NCBI RefSeq assembly: GCF_006345805.1 | Contig: NC_043003.1 | Coordinates: forward strand, 24,924,001 to 24,988,000 | From: Octopus sinensis | Lineage: Eukaryota | Direction of reading: 5' to 3' | Length of the DNA: 64,000 bases | In this document: piece by piece, positions 24,051 through 38,274 of the stretch | Numbering within the stretch: position 1 is the first letter of the stretch | How the letters are laid out: every line of letters starts with the position of its first letter | Translations under genes and position numbers: made by a program | Notes under the pieces: model-generated | Told to the model about the DNA's origin: nothing | The model's database searches: none | What the model saw: only the letters and a program-made list of their open reading frames with translations

Positions 24051-24999
24051 TTTTTATCCATCGGTGACGTAGAGAAGTGGGTGGGGGCATATATACTATA
24101 CTGTCCGGGCTTGGATCCTTTGAATGCCCTTTACTGGAGAGACTGATGAAAGCAGCGGGAGAAAGAGGAATTCCACAGAAGAGGTGTTGAAAAGTCCCTG
24201 ACTTCGAGGGTGTCGGGAAATGCCTGACTGGAGGGCTCAACCTTCCGAGTTCTTTTACAGGGCTCAAAAAATAACCGAAACACCGCTGCAATAAGTGTGT
24301 GAATCTGAGAGGGAAATGTGTCGAATAAAATCATAATTAACTGATCCTCCTGGATTTTTTTTTCTTTTACCCAAAGCTAGAAACTTTTCAGCCCTCCCCA
24401 CTCGTATAACTTAAGCCTACTAGCGTGGCTTATGTGACGGAGACTGCCGTTCGAGTGTCGGACTGTTCAGCCACAGACAACATTGTTCAAGAAGGCGAGC
24501 GCCTAGGGTCTTTATCCATGGTCATTAATGACAGACGGAGGCCATAGAAGATTGGCACTTTTCTTTTATATTATTACCCACGAAAGGGTGAGAGGCAAAG
24601 TAGACCTCGTCGGGAAATGAACTTAGAGCGCAATGAATAGCAACAAATATTGCTTGGCATTCTTATCCAACACTCTAACACCTTGCCTCTTTGTAAGGAT
24701 AAGAAGGATAGCTAGGGGTACGTTGGATAATATAGGCCTAGATAGACTATGCTTTTTAAAGCAAAGGATGGAATAGTCCCGCAGTAAGCTTGACATTGGT
24801 TGTCGGTCTGCTGGATCCAGAGCTGGGAATAAACAGCTGTTACTGCTGCTGCTACTACTAACACCACTATAACCACCACACTACCAATACTACTAACACC
24901 TCTATCACCAACACCACTACAACTACTACTACTGCCACCACCACCACCACCACTACTACTACTGCCACCACCACTACTACTACTACTACTGCCACCACC

Positions 25000-25031
<32 letters not shown>

Positions 25032-25149
25032 GTGAGTGCGCTTACATCTATTTCCGTTGCCCATTTCACTTCGTTTATACAAGAAATGTTCTTTTGGATA
25101 CGGTGACTGACGTCAAAACTCGTACTTGTCTTCCTCTTTACACAAGTTG

Positions 25150-26243
25150 ATTATTTCGTTGATACAAAGTCTTCGTTGCCAAATGTCAGACAGTTGGCCT
25201 CTATTTAAAGCAACGGAATGTGGGTATGTAAATATTTATCCTGATATCAGTACTTCTCTGTGGCATGGACACTGGAACAAGAAACTTGAAAAGACGTTTG
25301 ATGGTAAATATATGAGAATGCTTCGTGTAGTTCTCAGTCTTTCTAAGAAGGCTCGCAAGGACGCCGGGCAAAATGTTGAGCGACATTTCGTCCGTCTTTA
25401 CGTTCTGAGTTTGAATTTCGCCAAGATCGACTTTACCTTTTATCCTTTCGGGGTTGATTTAATTGACTTACCCCGTCCCCCGAAATCGCTGATCTTGTGC
25501 CCAAATTTGAAAGGTGGCGAGCAAGCAAAATCGTTAGAACGCCTGGCCAAATACTTAGGGGTATTTCGTCTGCCGTTACGTTCTGAGGTCAAATTCCGCC
25601 GAGGTCGACTTTGCCTTTCATCCTTTCAGGGTCGATTAAATAAGTACCAGTTACGCACTGGGCTCGATATAATCGATTCAATCCGTTTGTCTGTCTTTGT
25701 TTGTCCTCTCTGTGTTTAGCCCCTTGTGGGTAGTAAAGAAGTAGGTATTTCGCCTGTCTTTGCACTCTGAGTTAAAATTCCATCGAGGTCGACTTTGCCC
25801 TTCATCCACTCGGAGTTGATAAAATAAGTATCAGTCGAGCACTGGGGTTGATGTAATCGGCTTACCCTGTCCCTTCGAAATTGTTGGCCTTGCGCCAAAA
25901 TTTGAAATCTTTCTTAGCAGCAACTCCTACAAAGCAGCGACTGTATGATAGTCTACCTATCCTCACCCCGTAATCAGAGAAACAACACATTATGCAGGAC
26001 ACCGTTGGAGATGCAAGGATGAAATAACCAGCGATCGCCTCCTCTAGCTATCCACACACCGGGACATACAAGTACCAGCACACCAAGTAGAGCGTATATC
26101 GATCAACATATGGGATATACTGGATATTAGGCTGGAAATATGAAGGGCTGTTATCGGACATCGGGATATCTGGAAGAGTTGCATTGGCCAAGGCAAGTCG
26201 CTCGACTGGCTAGATAGCTAGCTAGCTAGATAGATAGATAGAT
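25150..26243 (+). pseudogene. RTE-clade LINE, RT C-terminal and 3' remnant, interrupted by SINEs
   Basis: LFKAT / SVLLCGMDT / NKKLEKTFDGKYMRMLRVVLSLS, then after the insertion PTKQRLYDSLP / HYAGHRWRCKDEITSD; ends in a (TAGA)n tail. Confidence 0.7.
25345..25907 (+). mobile_element. Three tandem or nested SINE B copies
   Basis: Three central domains at about 25420, 25600 and 25785. The block is flanked by TCTTTCT (25338-25344 / 25908-25914). Confidence 0.8.
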
Positions 26244-26808
26244 CCCGTTAGTCAAGTGTGCGCATGCACACACACGAACACACATACATACACAATGTAC
26301 AAGCAGTTAATTAGTGCGGGTTTTTTTCTTTTTGCTTGTCTGTGTATAAAATACCAAATTGTTCTAACATAATGCACTAAATATAGAATAAAATAGTATT
26401 AATACTATTTACAATTGCAGGAAAGCTAACTATATATAGAGTATATTGAGAGAATATGAAGTATTATATAATTTCCGAAAGCACTTTTCTGGTCACCCAC
26501 ACAACTATTAAACAACAACAATAACCACAACAACAATGAGAATAACATTACATTTAGTAAAAGTAACATCTGTAGTTGTTCCAGAACAATGGCTGAATCC
26601 AAAACTGACAATCAGGCCTACATACGGTGTCATGTGAACATACGAATGTGTGCTAAACAAAGACACGTTAAGTGACCAACTAACCTCGAGTTAAATCTAA
26701 ATCGCTGCCCTATTGTCAACGAACATTGCAGATCTGTGGCGAAATTTAGGTGAGTCGAGTCTCCGGTACAGTTTCGATTCCCATCAAGGAAAGAAAGGTA
26801 CGATTTTA

Positions 26809-27028
26809 GTTTCAAAATTTGGAACAAGGCCTGCGATTTGGGGGAAGCGATGAGTCGATTACATCGATTTCCAGTCCTTGACTGATACTAATACTTATTT
26901 TATCGACCCCGAAAGGATGAAAGGTGAAGTCAACGTCGGCGGAATTTGAACTCAGAACATAAAGACAGACGAAATGCCGCTAAGCGTTTCTACCCGGTGT
27001 GTTACCGATTCTGCCAGCTCACCGCCTT
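26809..27028 (-). mobile_element. SINE family B (alternative tail)
   Basis: Homologous to 19688-19900. Confidence 0.8.
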
Positions 27029-28897
27029 AGATACGACCATATAATGAAATTTAACTTAAAATATTTTCAATAAACATTTTCTTTCGTACATTATTTACAA
27101 TTGACGGATACGTTTAAGGAAATAAAAAATAATTTGGTCAGAAGAGACCAGCATCTTCCTTTTTATAATGGCCTACCTTTGGTTGATTTTATTCTTAACA
27201 TTTACACCTGTCCAACAAATATATAATTTTATATATCCTTCCATATCCATGGCCCACGTGTATGTTAAAAAAGCTCGTTTTGCAGCCACGCGGTTTCAGG
27301 TTCAGTCGCACTGCATGTGGAACCTTGAGCAAGTGTCTTCTATACCCTCGGGCTGATCAATGCTTCGTGAGTGAATTTGGTAGACAGAAACTGTGAGCAA
27401 ACCTGCCGTGTGTGTGTGTACAGACGCGCGTATATGTATAGTCTGCGTTTATGTTGTCTCCTACTGTATCACAACCGGTGTTTGTCTGGTTATGTCGTTG
27501 GTTAAAATCAAATACAGGAAGATCAGTTAATTACGATTTTATTTTACATATTCTCCTCGCAGATTCACACGCTTATTGCAGCGGTCCTTCCGTTTTTCTA
27601 AAACTGTAAAAGAACTCGAAAGTTAGGGCCTCCACCCAAGCCTTTCGTGACACCCTTTTCAGCATCTCCTCGTATATATATATCACATATTGTATCGTAC
27701 TATAATAACATCACTACCTTCATTTCCATCGCAAGTAACACTTCTACTCATGTAAGCAAAACCATAACAAACTGTGGCACACAACACTATCTAAAAGCCT
27801 CCGAAAGCACAAGAAAGATGAGCGTAACCAATGGGTTCGAAGATAAGTGATTTCTGTCTCTGCCACGATGATATGAAAAAAGGGGACTGTCTAGCCCTTC
27901 GATTTGCTAAATATCATTCAAAAATTAACTTCCTACCGTCTTAAAGAACGTGTGACAATGTTTGTATGCGAATATATTTTATATATATTCCATCCCTATG
28001 TATGTATACAAATGCGTGCGTTCGTGTTTGGTTGAACAAACATGATAAATAGAACTCAATACATAAATACACACGCACACACATCTTAACCAGTAAAAAA
28101 CTTGTTTAATAAGTACTATGCACGAAGCTTATAGCCTTTGAGTCACTTTTATAACTTTCTGCCGATTAAAAATTATGCATGCATGTACGTGTGTATTCTG
28201 GGCTACGTTTCTGAAAGTTTTGCGTTGATTTTATGAAATCGATTTGGCAACATTGTTAGAGAGTCTTTGATAGTGAACCAACGTTTCTTGGATATATATT
28301 TTACAAGTGGCGATATAACTTATTAACTTCAAGAAAGAGGCAACCAAGAAGTGACTGAGTGGAGTGAGATTTTCTCAAGAACATCCACAATACAAGCAAT
28401 GTGAAACATGTTACAATGTTTCTTCCAACTTCGTTATTATACACGAGAGAACAAATGATCGCTTACGTAGTTACTCGGCCTACAAGAAATAGCTGCCAAA
28501 TTCCTTCAAATACGCCCGACCGTCTTAAAAGAAAAATAGCAACAAAGTACGCATTAGGCAATGTAGTTTCTGAAAGCTAAAACACGGTTGGAAGACTTGA
28601 TTATTGGTTCCTTTAGGTGTTACATAATAGGCGTTCTTTTCGTGCATCTTCCAGAAATTGTGCTGTTCACACCATTTTTCAATTTTTTTTTTTCGAAATA
28701 CTTTCTCGTTTCATTAATGGCAGCTCCCGATAGACAAACACCCTTAATGTATGGATGATTAAAGAAATAGTGAATAAAGATTCGATTTGGACACGAAATA
28801 AGGTCGACAAACCAAGAGTTAAACAATAACAATCACATAGGCATATTATAAAACGAACTTTGGATTACGGAAAACGAGATTTAAAAAAAAAAAAACC

Positions 28898-29330
28898 CTG
28901 CGTGATTGTGGTAAGAAGCTTGCTTCCCAACGACGCGGTCTTGGGTTCAGCTCTACTGCTCAGCCCCGTGGGCAAGTGTCTTCCACTATAGCTCCAGGCC
29001 GACAAAAGCCTTGGGTGCGGATTTGGTAGACTGAAACTAGCTAGTCGAGCACGTGCATGTATGTATGTATATATATATATATATATATAAATAAGAGTGT
29101 GCGTGTTCGTGTTTGAACCCCGCCACTGCTTGACAACCGGTGTTGGTTTGTTTATGCTCCCATAACTTACCGGTTCGGCAAAAAGAGACCTTATGCTATC
29201 GTTCTATTTTTACCGAACTGCTAAGAACCAGGCTTTAAAAAATAAGTACTAGAGTTGGTTTGTTCGACTAAACCTTTCGAGACGGTGGCCCCAGCATGGA
29301 AACGGTCCGAATGCTGAGACAAGTAAAAGA
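28898..29330 (+). mobile_element. SINE family A (full, diverged)
   Basis: Head, core, microsatellite and tail occur in the expected order. Confidence 0.75.
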
Positions 29331-29425
29331 TATCGTCGTATAAGATGCATCGGTGACGCCACACAGACAAGGAATCGCCTGATGTTTACAGTCATCCCCA
29401 CTAATGACTCAACTGTATACTACAC

Positions 29426-29662
29426 CAGTACTTCTCAAAGTAGAGGTCCGCGAGCCATCATCAACTGCCGGTACGCGGCGAGTTTCCAGCTTATGTCATA
29501 TCGTATTTGTTTACAAAATAAATACACGATAAAAAAATTAAAAAATTGCCAACTTGTATTGTATTCATTATACATATTGTTTCCGGTATAAATATTACCG
29601 GTCCCTGTCACATCGGGGAGAAAAAAAACTGCCGGTACGCCACATCAGTTTGAGAAGCAATG
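29426..29662. mobile_element. hAT (Charlie-like) MITE, 237 bp
   Basis: TIRs CAGTACTTCTCAAAGT / CATTGCTTCTCAAACT match 13/16. Perfect 8-bp TSD TACTACAC at 29418-29425 and 29663-29670. Confidence 0.88.
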
Positions 29663-31020
29663 TACTACACGGTTGAAGAGCCACATTTTGTATCTGGAGA
29701 ATAAAACGAAACCCGTCTCAGGTACCGACAGATGGTAATTTAGATTTTTTTTTATAAAATATTCAGGGAAAAATGTAAATGATGCTACGTCACCAGTGTG
29801 TGTGTGTAACTTGTTCCATGTTCATGAGCGTGAAGTGAAGTGGTTCCAATTTGGTACGGAAACGTTAACACCATTCTAAATCCAGTGGTTGTTGCATTAA
29901 TTTCTTTTCCTGATTAAATCGATTTTAAATCTTGCTCTTTTGGTCCCTAGACTGCAGCCATGCTGGAGGATCGCCTTGAAAGGTTTAGTTGATTAAATCC
30001 ATTCCAGTGCTTATTCTGTTCTTTCACTTTTGGCTGAACAGTTCTGTGCCGTTGACATAAGCACTCCAACAATGGTTGTCAGGCAGCAAGAAAGATCAAC
30101 ACAAAGACGTATCAACAATATACATACAACGGATTTCTGCACATTTCCTGCCGACCAAATTCAACCACAAGGCATTGATCGGTCCGGAGCTCTAGTAGAA
30201 GATACTTTCTTGAGATTCCATGCTTTGGGACTGAACCTATACTGTTACGAAGCAAATTTAACCACAGTCGTACCTGCATCTGGAACTTATTTTAGCGACA
30301 ATAAAATGAATAGGCCGTTCGCTCAAATGTTTATCGTTCACCTATGGGAAAACAAAGGAGCTTCTACGTGGACACTCAATCTGCTATAAATAGCAACCAA
30401 ATTTCCCTCAAATCACACCTATAGTCTTAGAAAGAGGAAAGACATTAACGTACTCGTGGGTGCACTATGCTTGAAAAAATATGGACAAAGCTGGAATACT
30501 TTTGATCATAGGTCTACTTATTCAGGGCTGCTTTGGGTTGGGTCTGTAACGAGCCCTAGAATTCGTAAAGCGTTATCTGGTTTCCCTAGCGTGTAAGTGA
30601 GTGAGATTAAAACTTTCCACTCGTCAACGGGACGCCGGTTTGTCAAATGGTTGACTTCCCAGTTATTGGTGAATCTAATTTACAGTCGAGTGAATTGAAG
30701 TATTTTGCTTCATCCAGTTTTGAAACTACGATCTTGCGATCGTGAGCGCAACACATTAACTACTAGGCCACGCGACTTCCCTACCAAGGATAAAAAAAAA
30801 ATCCCCACCGCTTTGTTTAAAATCTTAGCAGCCATTATACATCGCGCTAATTTAATTGATCGAGCGAAATTATCTCGTCGTACTAGATTGAATTTTTTTT
30901 CAGATCTGACTGTTTGGTGCAAATTGTTGAGTTTGGAAGCAAGAACTTGGTTTGTACATCCGTAACCACGAAGTTTAGCAGTCAATTAGAACAAAAGCCA
31001 TTGTACCAAAACTTACAAGG

Positions 31021-31325
31021 GTAAAGGCCCCCTTCGGTGATAATGAATCATGGAATTGCAAAGTTACCCTCTGAGGCACTAGTCTGGGCAAGGTTGTTTG
31101 GAAGGCCAGTCACCTATGCATACCAGCCTTCCCTCTTCACACCACCAATGTTACCCAAGGGAAAGGATGATACAGCTTGGCATCAGTGACGTCGCAACTC
31201 ACTTTTACAGCTGAGTGAATTGGAGCAACGTGAAATAAAGTGTCTTGCTCAAGAACACAACCCGGTCCGGGAAACGAACTCACATGATTGTGAAATCCGA
31301 TGTTCTAACCACTACGCTATGCGCC
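31021..31325 (-). mobile_element. tRNA-derived SINE, family F
   Basis: Minus strand reads GGCGCATAGCGTAGTGGTTAG...GAGTTCGTTTCCCGGACC...TGTGTTCTTGAGCAAGACACTTTATTTCACG. Confidence 0.65.
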
Positions 31326-31594
31326 TTCAGAAGACATGGATGGCATTAGCAAAGCACAGCGCAAAAGAAAAGAAAGAGACATGAAATTTTCCATGTCCAT
31401 CTCTAAAATCAATATTTAACAGAACCCACATCCAGTAGAAAACTCTTTCCTTCACGAACTAATTTCATAAAAGGAAAGACGATGCTGCGATGTTCAGAAG
31501 TTTGGATCAAGTGCTTATGTAGAAGCATTTAACTCGACTGAAAAATCTTACCTATGAGATGGAGGTCTAAAACTCTTGAACTTAGTATAGATTT

Positions 31595-31790
31595 TAACAA
31601 GAGCACCCAAAAAGCGAAAACCTCCACCAAGGCAACACCAACGTCCTCTCAACGATTAGCATCCAAAATCCAGTCAGTTCCGAGGCCAAACATCTCTGAA
31701 GGTTTCATCAGAATCCATCCAGCGGTTCTTGAAATATCTTTGTCCACGGACAAACACGACTGAAAACAAAACCTCCGCCTTTGCTAACTT
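31595..31790. mobile_element. Possible Helentron-associated (HINE-like) non-autonomous element
   Basis: Starts TAACAAGAGCAC...AAACCTCCACCAAGGC and ends AAAACCTCCGCCTTTGCTAA. Assignment is from recalled similarity only. Confidence 0.35.
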
Positions 31791-34707
31791 CCTTTGACGC
31801 TTTTAGAGTAAACTAATACTTTATGTCCCATGGTATCCCTCTGAGTTAGTTGCTTTATGTACACTTTTCCATATTTGCATGTCAGACGGAGTTCATTGAC
31901 AGATTTTCTATGATCGGATGCCCTTTTTGTCCTCAACTCTCAAAACAAGATGTTAGATATTTCTGTGACCAGACAGCAATTTCTCATTGTGCAAAAACCT
32001 GACACTTGCATGACAGTGACACTCAGTTACAACTATAACACGGGCTAAAAAAAAAAAAAAGTTGGCAAACACATCTACACAACGCAACGAAAGAGACTAC
32101 GCAAGCTAGCTTCCTTTAATTTCCACTTTTCTCATTACCTGACGCTCCCCAGGTGCTGTGATATGTTCCCCAACAATGACCTTGAAACTGCAAGTTAGAC
32201 TCCATAAAAAACTTTATATCTATCTAAAGACAGGAGAGTCACAATTGCTAAGCTTTTCAACTCTCAACCCGTCCCTTTTACAGTTGGTAACTTTGCCTTT
32301 CACCCTTTCGAAGAAGATAAAAGAAAATTTTAATTACATAAGCGCAGTAGTTGTGTGGTATGAAGCTTGCTTCCCAACTACATGGTTCTAGGTTCAGTTC
32401 CACTGTGATACCTCAGGCAAGTGTTTTCTACTATACACTAATCTGGGGCAGTGAACTGGCAAACAAGGCCAGATGTACTAATAATTCAGCTCCTGCACCA
32501 TCTTGAAATTCTTTAACTGTCTCTGAAACAATCCTGATATACACAACTCCATATTCACTGTACCAACACATCACAATGAAAATTACTGGTTTTGATGTCA
32601 ATTAAAGTCAGCTGTTAAGTAATAATAGATTCTTTTTATAAATTTGCCTGCTTACAAATTGTTTTCAAATTAAAATCACCTCAGAAGCCTGCGTGATGCT
32701 TGCTTCAACTACACAGATTGACAGAGGTAACTTTAAACACATCAGCCTGGTCTAAACAAAGAAATCTGTACATGTTCACTTAATCTGCTAGAAGTAGCAG
32801 TAAATCTCAAATCATAGCATGAAAATAACATTATGAAATGTACTTCTAGATACACTATCAGAAGAGAAAAATAAGATTAGCTGGGGGGCTAGAATACCCT
32901 TTACCTTAAGGGTGCTTAAATCGGGAAGTGATCTGAGAGTTAAAAATCACCCAATTCTCTTCACTTTCTACAAGACTTGTCAGCACATTTCTCTTTGTTG
33001 GGAATTCAAAGTTTCTGCTGGTGGTATGGTTCTGAAACTAAGAACATCGCAAACATGCTTCCTAAAAGCAGTTCCAAGTTCGCTAAGAACCAAATATATA
33101 ACTCCAATTCTAGGATATCAAAGTTTGCAGTTAATAGTGTCATAAGAGTAAGAGAAACAGATTCCTGAGAGTCAAATCTGTGGTAAAGACCTGGAGACTT
33201 GTGTAATTGCCCCTTATTTCTTATTGAAACTCACTTTTGTAACTATTGCTTCTCAGAAAAGAATCTAGAATGAAATTAATTATACATCCTTGCATTAAAC
33301 ATTTGTTTAAATGGAGTGTGTATGTGACAAAGAAAAGTTATCAGCCCATTTGTCACAAGTATTTCGTATAGCTTGGGGAGTGCAGGGTGACTGCAATGTC
33401 AACCAAAGTTTCATAATCCAGTTAGCTCACAAAGTCAGAAATTTGAATTTCAAACAAGATTAGTTTATCTCTTAACCAGTAAATTAGGAGTACAATATAC
33501 CAGACTACCTAAGCTACTGGAGGGCAACATATGTAACTTGTTTAGAAGTTGGACAGAGAGGGGAAGGGATATTTTCGTTTTTGTGTGCTATGAAAAATCT
33601 TATACACCACAGGTGACCCAAGATAAACTAAACTCAGAAAGTTCAAGATAAATTACTGTCTAAGCAAAAGACATCTGATAAGAAAAAAAATTTAGAATAA
33701 GAGTATTTGTTATCAAGAGTTCTTTAAAGGACACTGGTATTTATGAGTATCTCACTTCATTTGAACTAATAAAAAGGTTGCTAGGCAGTGGAATAAATTT
33801 TAAACATTAATTCTTGACCACTAATTGTCCAAGTGATATAGAGTAATGAATCAGGCAATACAGACATTAAAATATGTAACTTCAGATATCAATATTAGTA
33901 AGCTATGCAAACATTTAACAAATCTTCTCTCTTGCTATTACCTAAGAATTAGTCTTTAAACCTGCCACCCTTAACAATTGTCAATTTATGACACTTGATA
34001 AGCTTAGAAAAATAAAGCACAAAATCTGAATAGCAAAATTGTGAAGGGTTCAAGCTATTTAAGAGTATTTGCGAAAGTACTGTATGCAGCTAACTTAGCA
34101 TAAGCTTGTTTATCAAGTCAGTTATTAAACTGGCCACCTCAATCATATTCCTTGTGCTAGGAAATTAACCACCAAATGTAAATCATTTAACTCCTTTGAT
34201 CCCAATCCACTCAAGATATAAAAGTTGTTTTGAAATATCAATCTTAATGTTTAAGCCTTCATTAATAATTGGAAAGTGTCAGACACTAGCTTAATATCAG
34301 AGAGGCTAGTTGTTTTACTGAATCTTTTGTGGACAGAGAACTTCGCTATAAATATGGCCACAAAAGGGTAAAGTAGACTTGTTTGAGACAAATATACTTA
34401 CCACCACGCAGATTATGTATAGGTAGATCACCGCATCTACCTGCTATCATCCATTAAAGAAACTCCTTTTGGAAATGTTGTCCATATGGAGGAATGTGGT
34501 ACTGCTTTCCCAATACACAGCTGCAAAAATGTAACACTAAAAGAGCCAGTAATTAACCTTTGTACCTCCAAGACTAAGATGACAAAGAACAAGCTGTTTG
34601 GTTTCCATTTCCTAATTCAAAATCCAGTAAATGTAAGAGTTGAAAAAGCTAAACCTCAGTAATCTTTCAAACAGGCTCCAAGTTTCAAATTAGATTGGCT
34701 TTCGCAA

Positions 34708-34850
34708 TTATCATCATCGTTTAACATCCGTTCTCCATGCTAGCATGGGTTGGACAGTTCGACCGGGGTTCTGGGAAGCCAGAAGGCTGCACCAGGCTCC
34801 AGTCTGATCTGGCAGTGTTTCTACAGCTGGATGCCCTTCCTAACGCCAAC
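34708..34850 (-). mobile_element. RTE-type 3' tail repeat
   Basis: Minus strand reads GTTGGCGTTAGGAAGGGCATCCAGC...CCATGCTAGCATGGAGAACGGATGTTAAACGATGATGA. Confidence 0.75.
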
Positions 34851-37409
34851 AATAATTCCAAATAAATTAAACATGTACAAATTACATTAATAAGCAGTAG
34901 AAACCATGCCAAAACAAACTAAATGATCCTGGGGCAGCTCTCCAGCTGTCAAACCATCCAACCCATGCTAGCATGGAAAATGAATGTTTAAAGATGATGC
35001 CATTGACAGTGAATATAGTCACTGCAGGTGATTCCTCTAAAAATGTCTGTACTTTGTCACATGAATAAAAAAAAAAAAACACTGGTACTCTACTACAATA
35101 TATATTTTACAGATTTAAATTTCCAAATCACTCTCTAAAGTGATTTAGCAGGACTGACATTATCATATGTCTCTACAAAAAGTGACATACAATTTTAAAT
35201 ACACAAGAACTGTCAAAGTACTGCAAGGACTCAAAAATTGCATACAGTACAAGCTGCAAATTTTTGTTTATGCATTTTATATTACAAAAATATAATCCTA
35301 ACCTGTATATCCATAATGTTCTATGAAGCTTTTTCCCTTTGAAAGACTTGAGAATAATCTGGAAACAGAAGCCTTGTGCGACTAAACTAATTTATTCCAT
35401 TTCCGGCTACTCACTGTTCTGCTATAAAACAGATCCATTGTCTTTTTTACAAACTGGTAGGTTGACTTTGGCCAGGAATCACTGAAACACTGGTAATGTT
35501 ATATTCCTCAGTTCTGGTACCTATCCATTCATCCTGTCAGGTTTCTAAAAATGTAAAAGACTAGCATGTAACAAATTTAATCATCTTTTAACATCCACCT
35601 TCTATGGATTGGATGATTTGACAATGGGTTCATGGCCAGGATCAAGCTCCAGTGTCTACTTTGGCAGGGTTTCTATAGCTGAATGCACTTTAGAGTGTAG
35701 TGGGTTTTTTTTTTTTATATTTCTTTACATTTGTAGCACCAGCACTAGTGAGGTCACCATGTAGCTTGCAAGACTCAAGCTGTACTTCAACTGAGTGATA
35801 CAACAGTGGTGAAAGAGACAAAGGCTTTATGCTAGGTGACGAGGTCGAAGTATGATGAGGTTCCTAGTTGTAGAAGAACTATAAGCTACTTAAATTTACT
35901 TGATTCCAACTAAACATGAAGGTTTTACATGTCACTCAAATTGTTCCTTTTACAGACATTTGAGGATGGTACATCCTATTTGCAAGAAAATTGAAAGTTT
36001 ACAACAACTGTTCAATTTAAACTAAATATCAAAGATTAAAATTCTAAATTTCTTTTACATAGATACAATAATAATTATGTGCCTGTGTGTTCTCACACTA
36101 AGCATTTGCTTCATAACCATGTGGTATCAAATTCTATGTTACTTCTAGAAACTTTTCCCACAAGTAGAATCCCATGTGTGTGCAAAATACAAACATTCCA
36201 GAACTTCATTTGTTATCTGAGCAAAATGGTGACCTGATTAGCTGTTCTGTGCTTCTCAAGCTTAATGGAATAAAGAAATCTCTACTTCAAAAACAGATCA
36301 GAGTTGATGACAGGTAAGGTATCTATGCATAAAATGCTACCTCAAAGTAAGTTTCTGTCTATTCTGGTATGGAGAGATGGACAAAACAAATGAACAAGCA
36401 ATAATTCTCGACAAAAAGCTTTGACATCTACACAGGTTACCAGAAAAAAAAAAACCCATCTAAATCACTCAACATCCCTTTTTCCATGCTGTCATTGGTT
36501 TGAAGTTTTGCCAAGAACTGATGAGCTAAGCTCCAGTGTTTTGGCATGGTTCCTACAGATGGATGCCGCTCCTAATGCCAACCACTTCGCTGAATGCACC
36601 AGGTGCTTTTTCCATATCAGCACCAGTGAAGCTGCCAAACTCACAAGACAGGACAACCCTCTCAGTGGAAGCATAGAATTGAAAGGTATGAAAGCACAAT
36701 AGAACAGGAGCAAGTGTCTTGCTGAAGAGGTAAAAAACAGATTTCAAAAGCATGAACAAAATGCAAAAACCAATCAACTGGGATGCTATTAATTAATGGA
36801 TCAACCCAAATTAGCAAGTGCTTACATGTCCCCTTGGCTGCTAATCACATGTGCAATCATTTCCATAGCAACTGTTTGGTACTTAAATCATTATAGCTGC
36901 TTCTTTTGGCCATGCTGGAACACTGTCTTGAAGGATTTGGTCAAATAAATTCACTGCAAGGGGTTACTTTTTAAGTCTGGTACTTATTCTATTAGTCTGT
37001 TTTGCTGAACCACTAAGTTCCAGAGAAGCAATCAATCCAACACTGTCAAGTAATGGAGAAGAGAAACATGACAAGCTTCCTCAGTTTCCATCTACAAAAT
37101 TTGTGAGACATTGGTTGGCCTAGGGCTATAGAAGCCACTTGCTCAAGGTGCCATGACAAACTTCAAAACCACCTGGTTGCAAAGTAAGCTTAACCCACAC
37201 AGCCTTGATAATGCCTATGTTAAAAAAAAACCTTAATGAGAACATGTCATTTGCAAATTCTAAAATCTTAGACTAGATGTCTTAGCAATTTATGATGAAA
37301 AATGCTAGTACTTGCTTTAAATCCATTCAACTTGACAAAGTGAAAGCAGATGTGAAGCATGCAAGCATATAATCAGCTACAGTGGCTTTTGTAATCACAG
37401 ATGGGGAGA

Positions 37410-37710
37410 ATTGGCTGTGTGGTACCTTGGGCAAGTGTCATCTACTATAGCCTTGGGCCAACCAATGCCTTGTGAGTAGATTTGGTAGATGGAAACTGAA
37501 AAGTCCATTGCATATATACATGTGTGTGTGTGTGTGTATGTATATGTGTTTGTCCCAACAAACATCGCTTGACAACCTATGCTGGTGTTTACCTCCTTGT
37601 AACTTAGCAGTACGGCAAAAGAGACCGATAGAATAAGTCCTGGGGTCCATTTGCTGACTAAATGTGGTGCTCCAGCATGGACACAGTCAAATGACTGAAA
37701 CAAGTAAAAA
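37410..37710 (+). mobile_element. SINE family A, CpG-decayed copy
   Basis: The core reads CCTTGGGCCAACC...GTAGATGGAAAC...TCCATTGC, where other copies have CG at those sites. Confidence 0.75.
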
Positions 37711-38274
37711 ATAATGAATTTTAGAAAATAGAATGAAAAATGAAAATGGATGGTTGACTAAGAGAGACTTGCTGCACAGAATATAATTCAAGAGGCAGGA
37801 CACTGGAGCAGATGAAGGTTATAGATATATATAACTACACTATACTTGCTAGGTATTAGAAGTTAAGAAAAATAAGCTAAGGGTTCATCTTGTCCAATTT
37901 AAGCATTCAGGATCTATACTTAGCTGTATAGTTGTATGTGTTATTAGGGAGCTTGTTTCGAGGTATGTGATTCAAGGTTCAATTTCAATGTGAGGACACT
38001 GTCAACTAGTGCCTTCTGCAAGAGCCAGCTGACCAATGCCTGATGAGTGAAATTTGGTAGATGGAAACTGGAAGAAACCTGCCATGTGTGGTAAAGAAGC
38101 TTGCTTGCTTCCTAACCATGTTGTCACAGGCTCAACCTCACTGTGGAACGTAGGGAAAGTGTCTATAGCTTGAGCTGATTTAGTAAATGGAAACTGGAAG
38201 GAGCCCATCATGTTTATGTGTGAACCCTAGTCTTGAAATGTGATGGCTGTAAACGAGCATCGTTTGTTCATTTT

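Noticed and set aside
35303-35544. 242-nt AG/GT-bounded minus-strand exon
   Set aside because: Stops occur in all three frames, and there is no recognisable protein.
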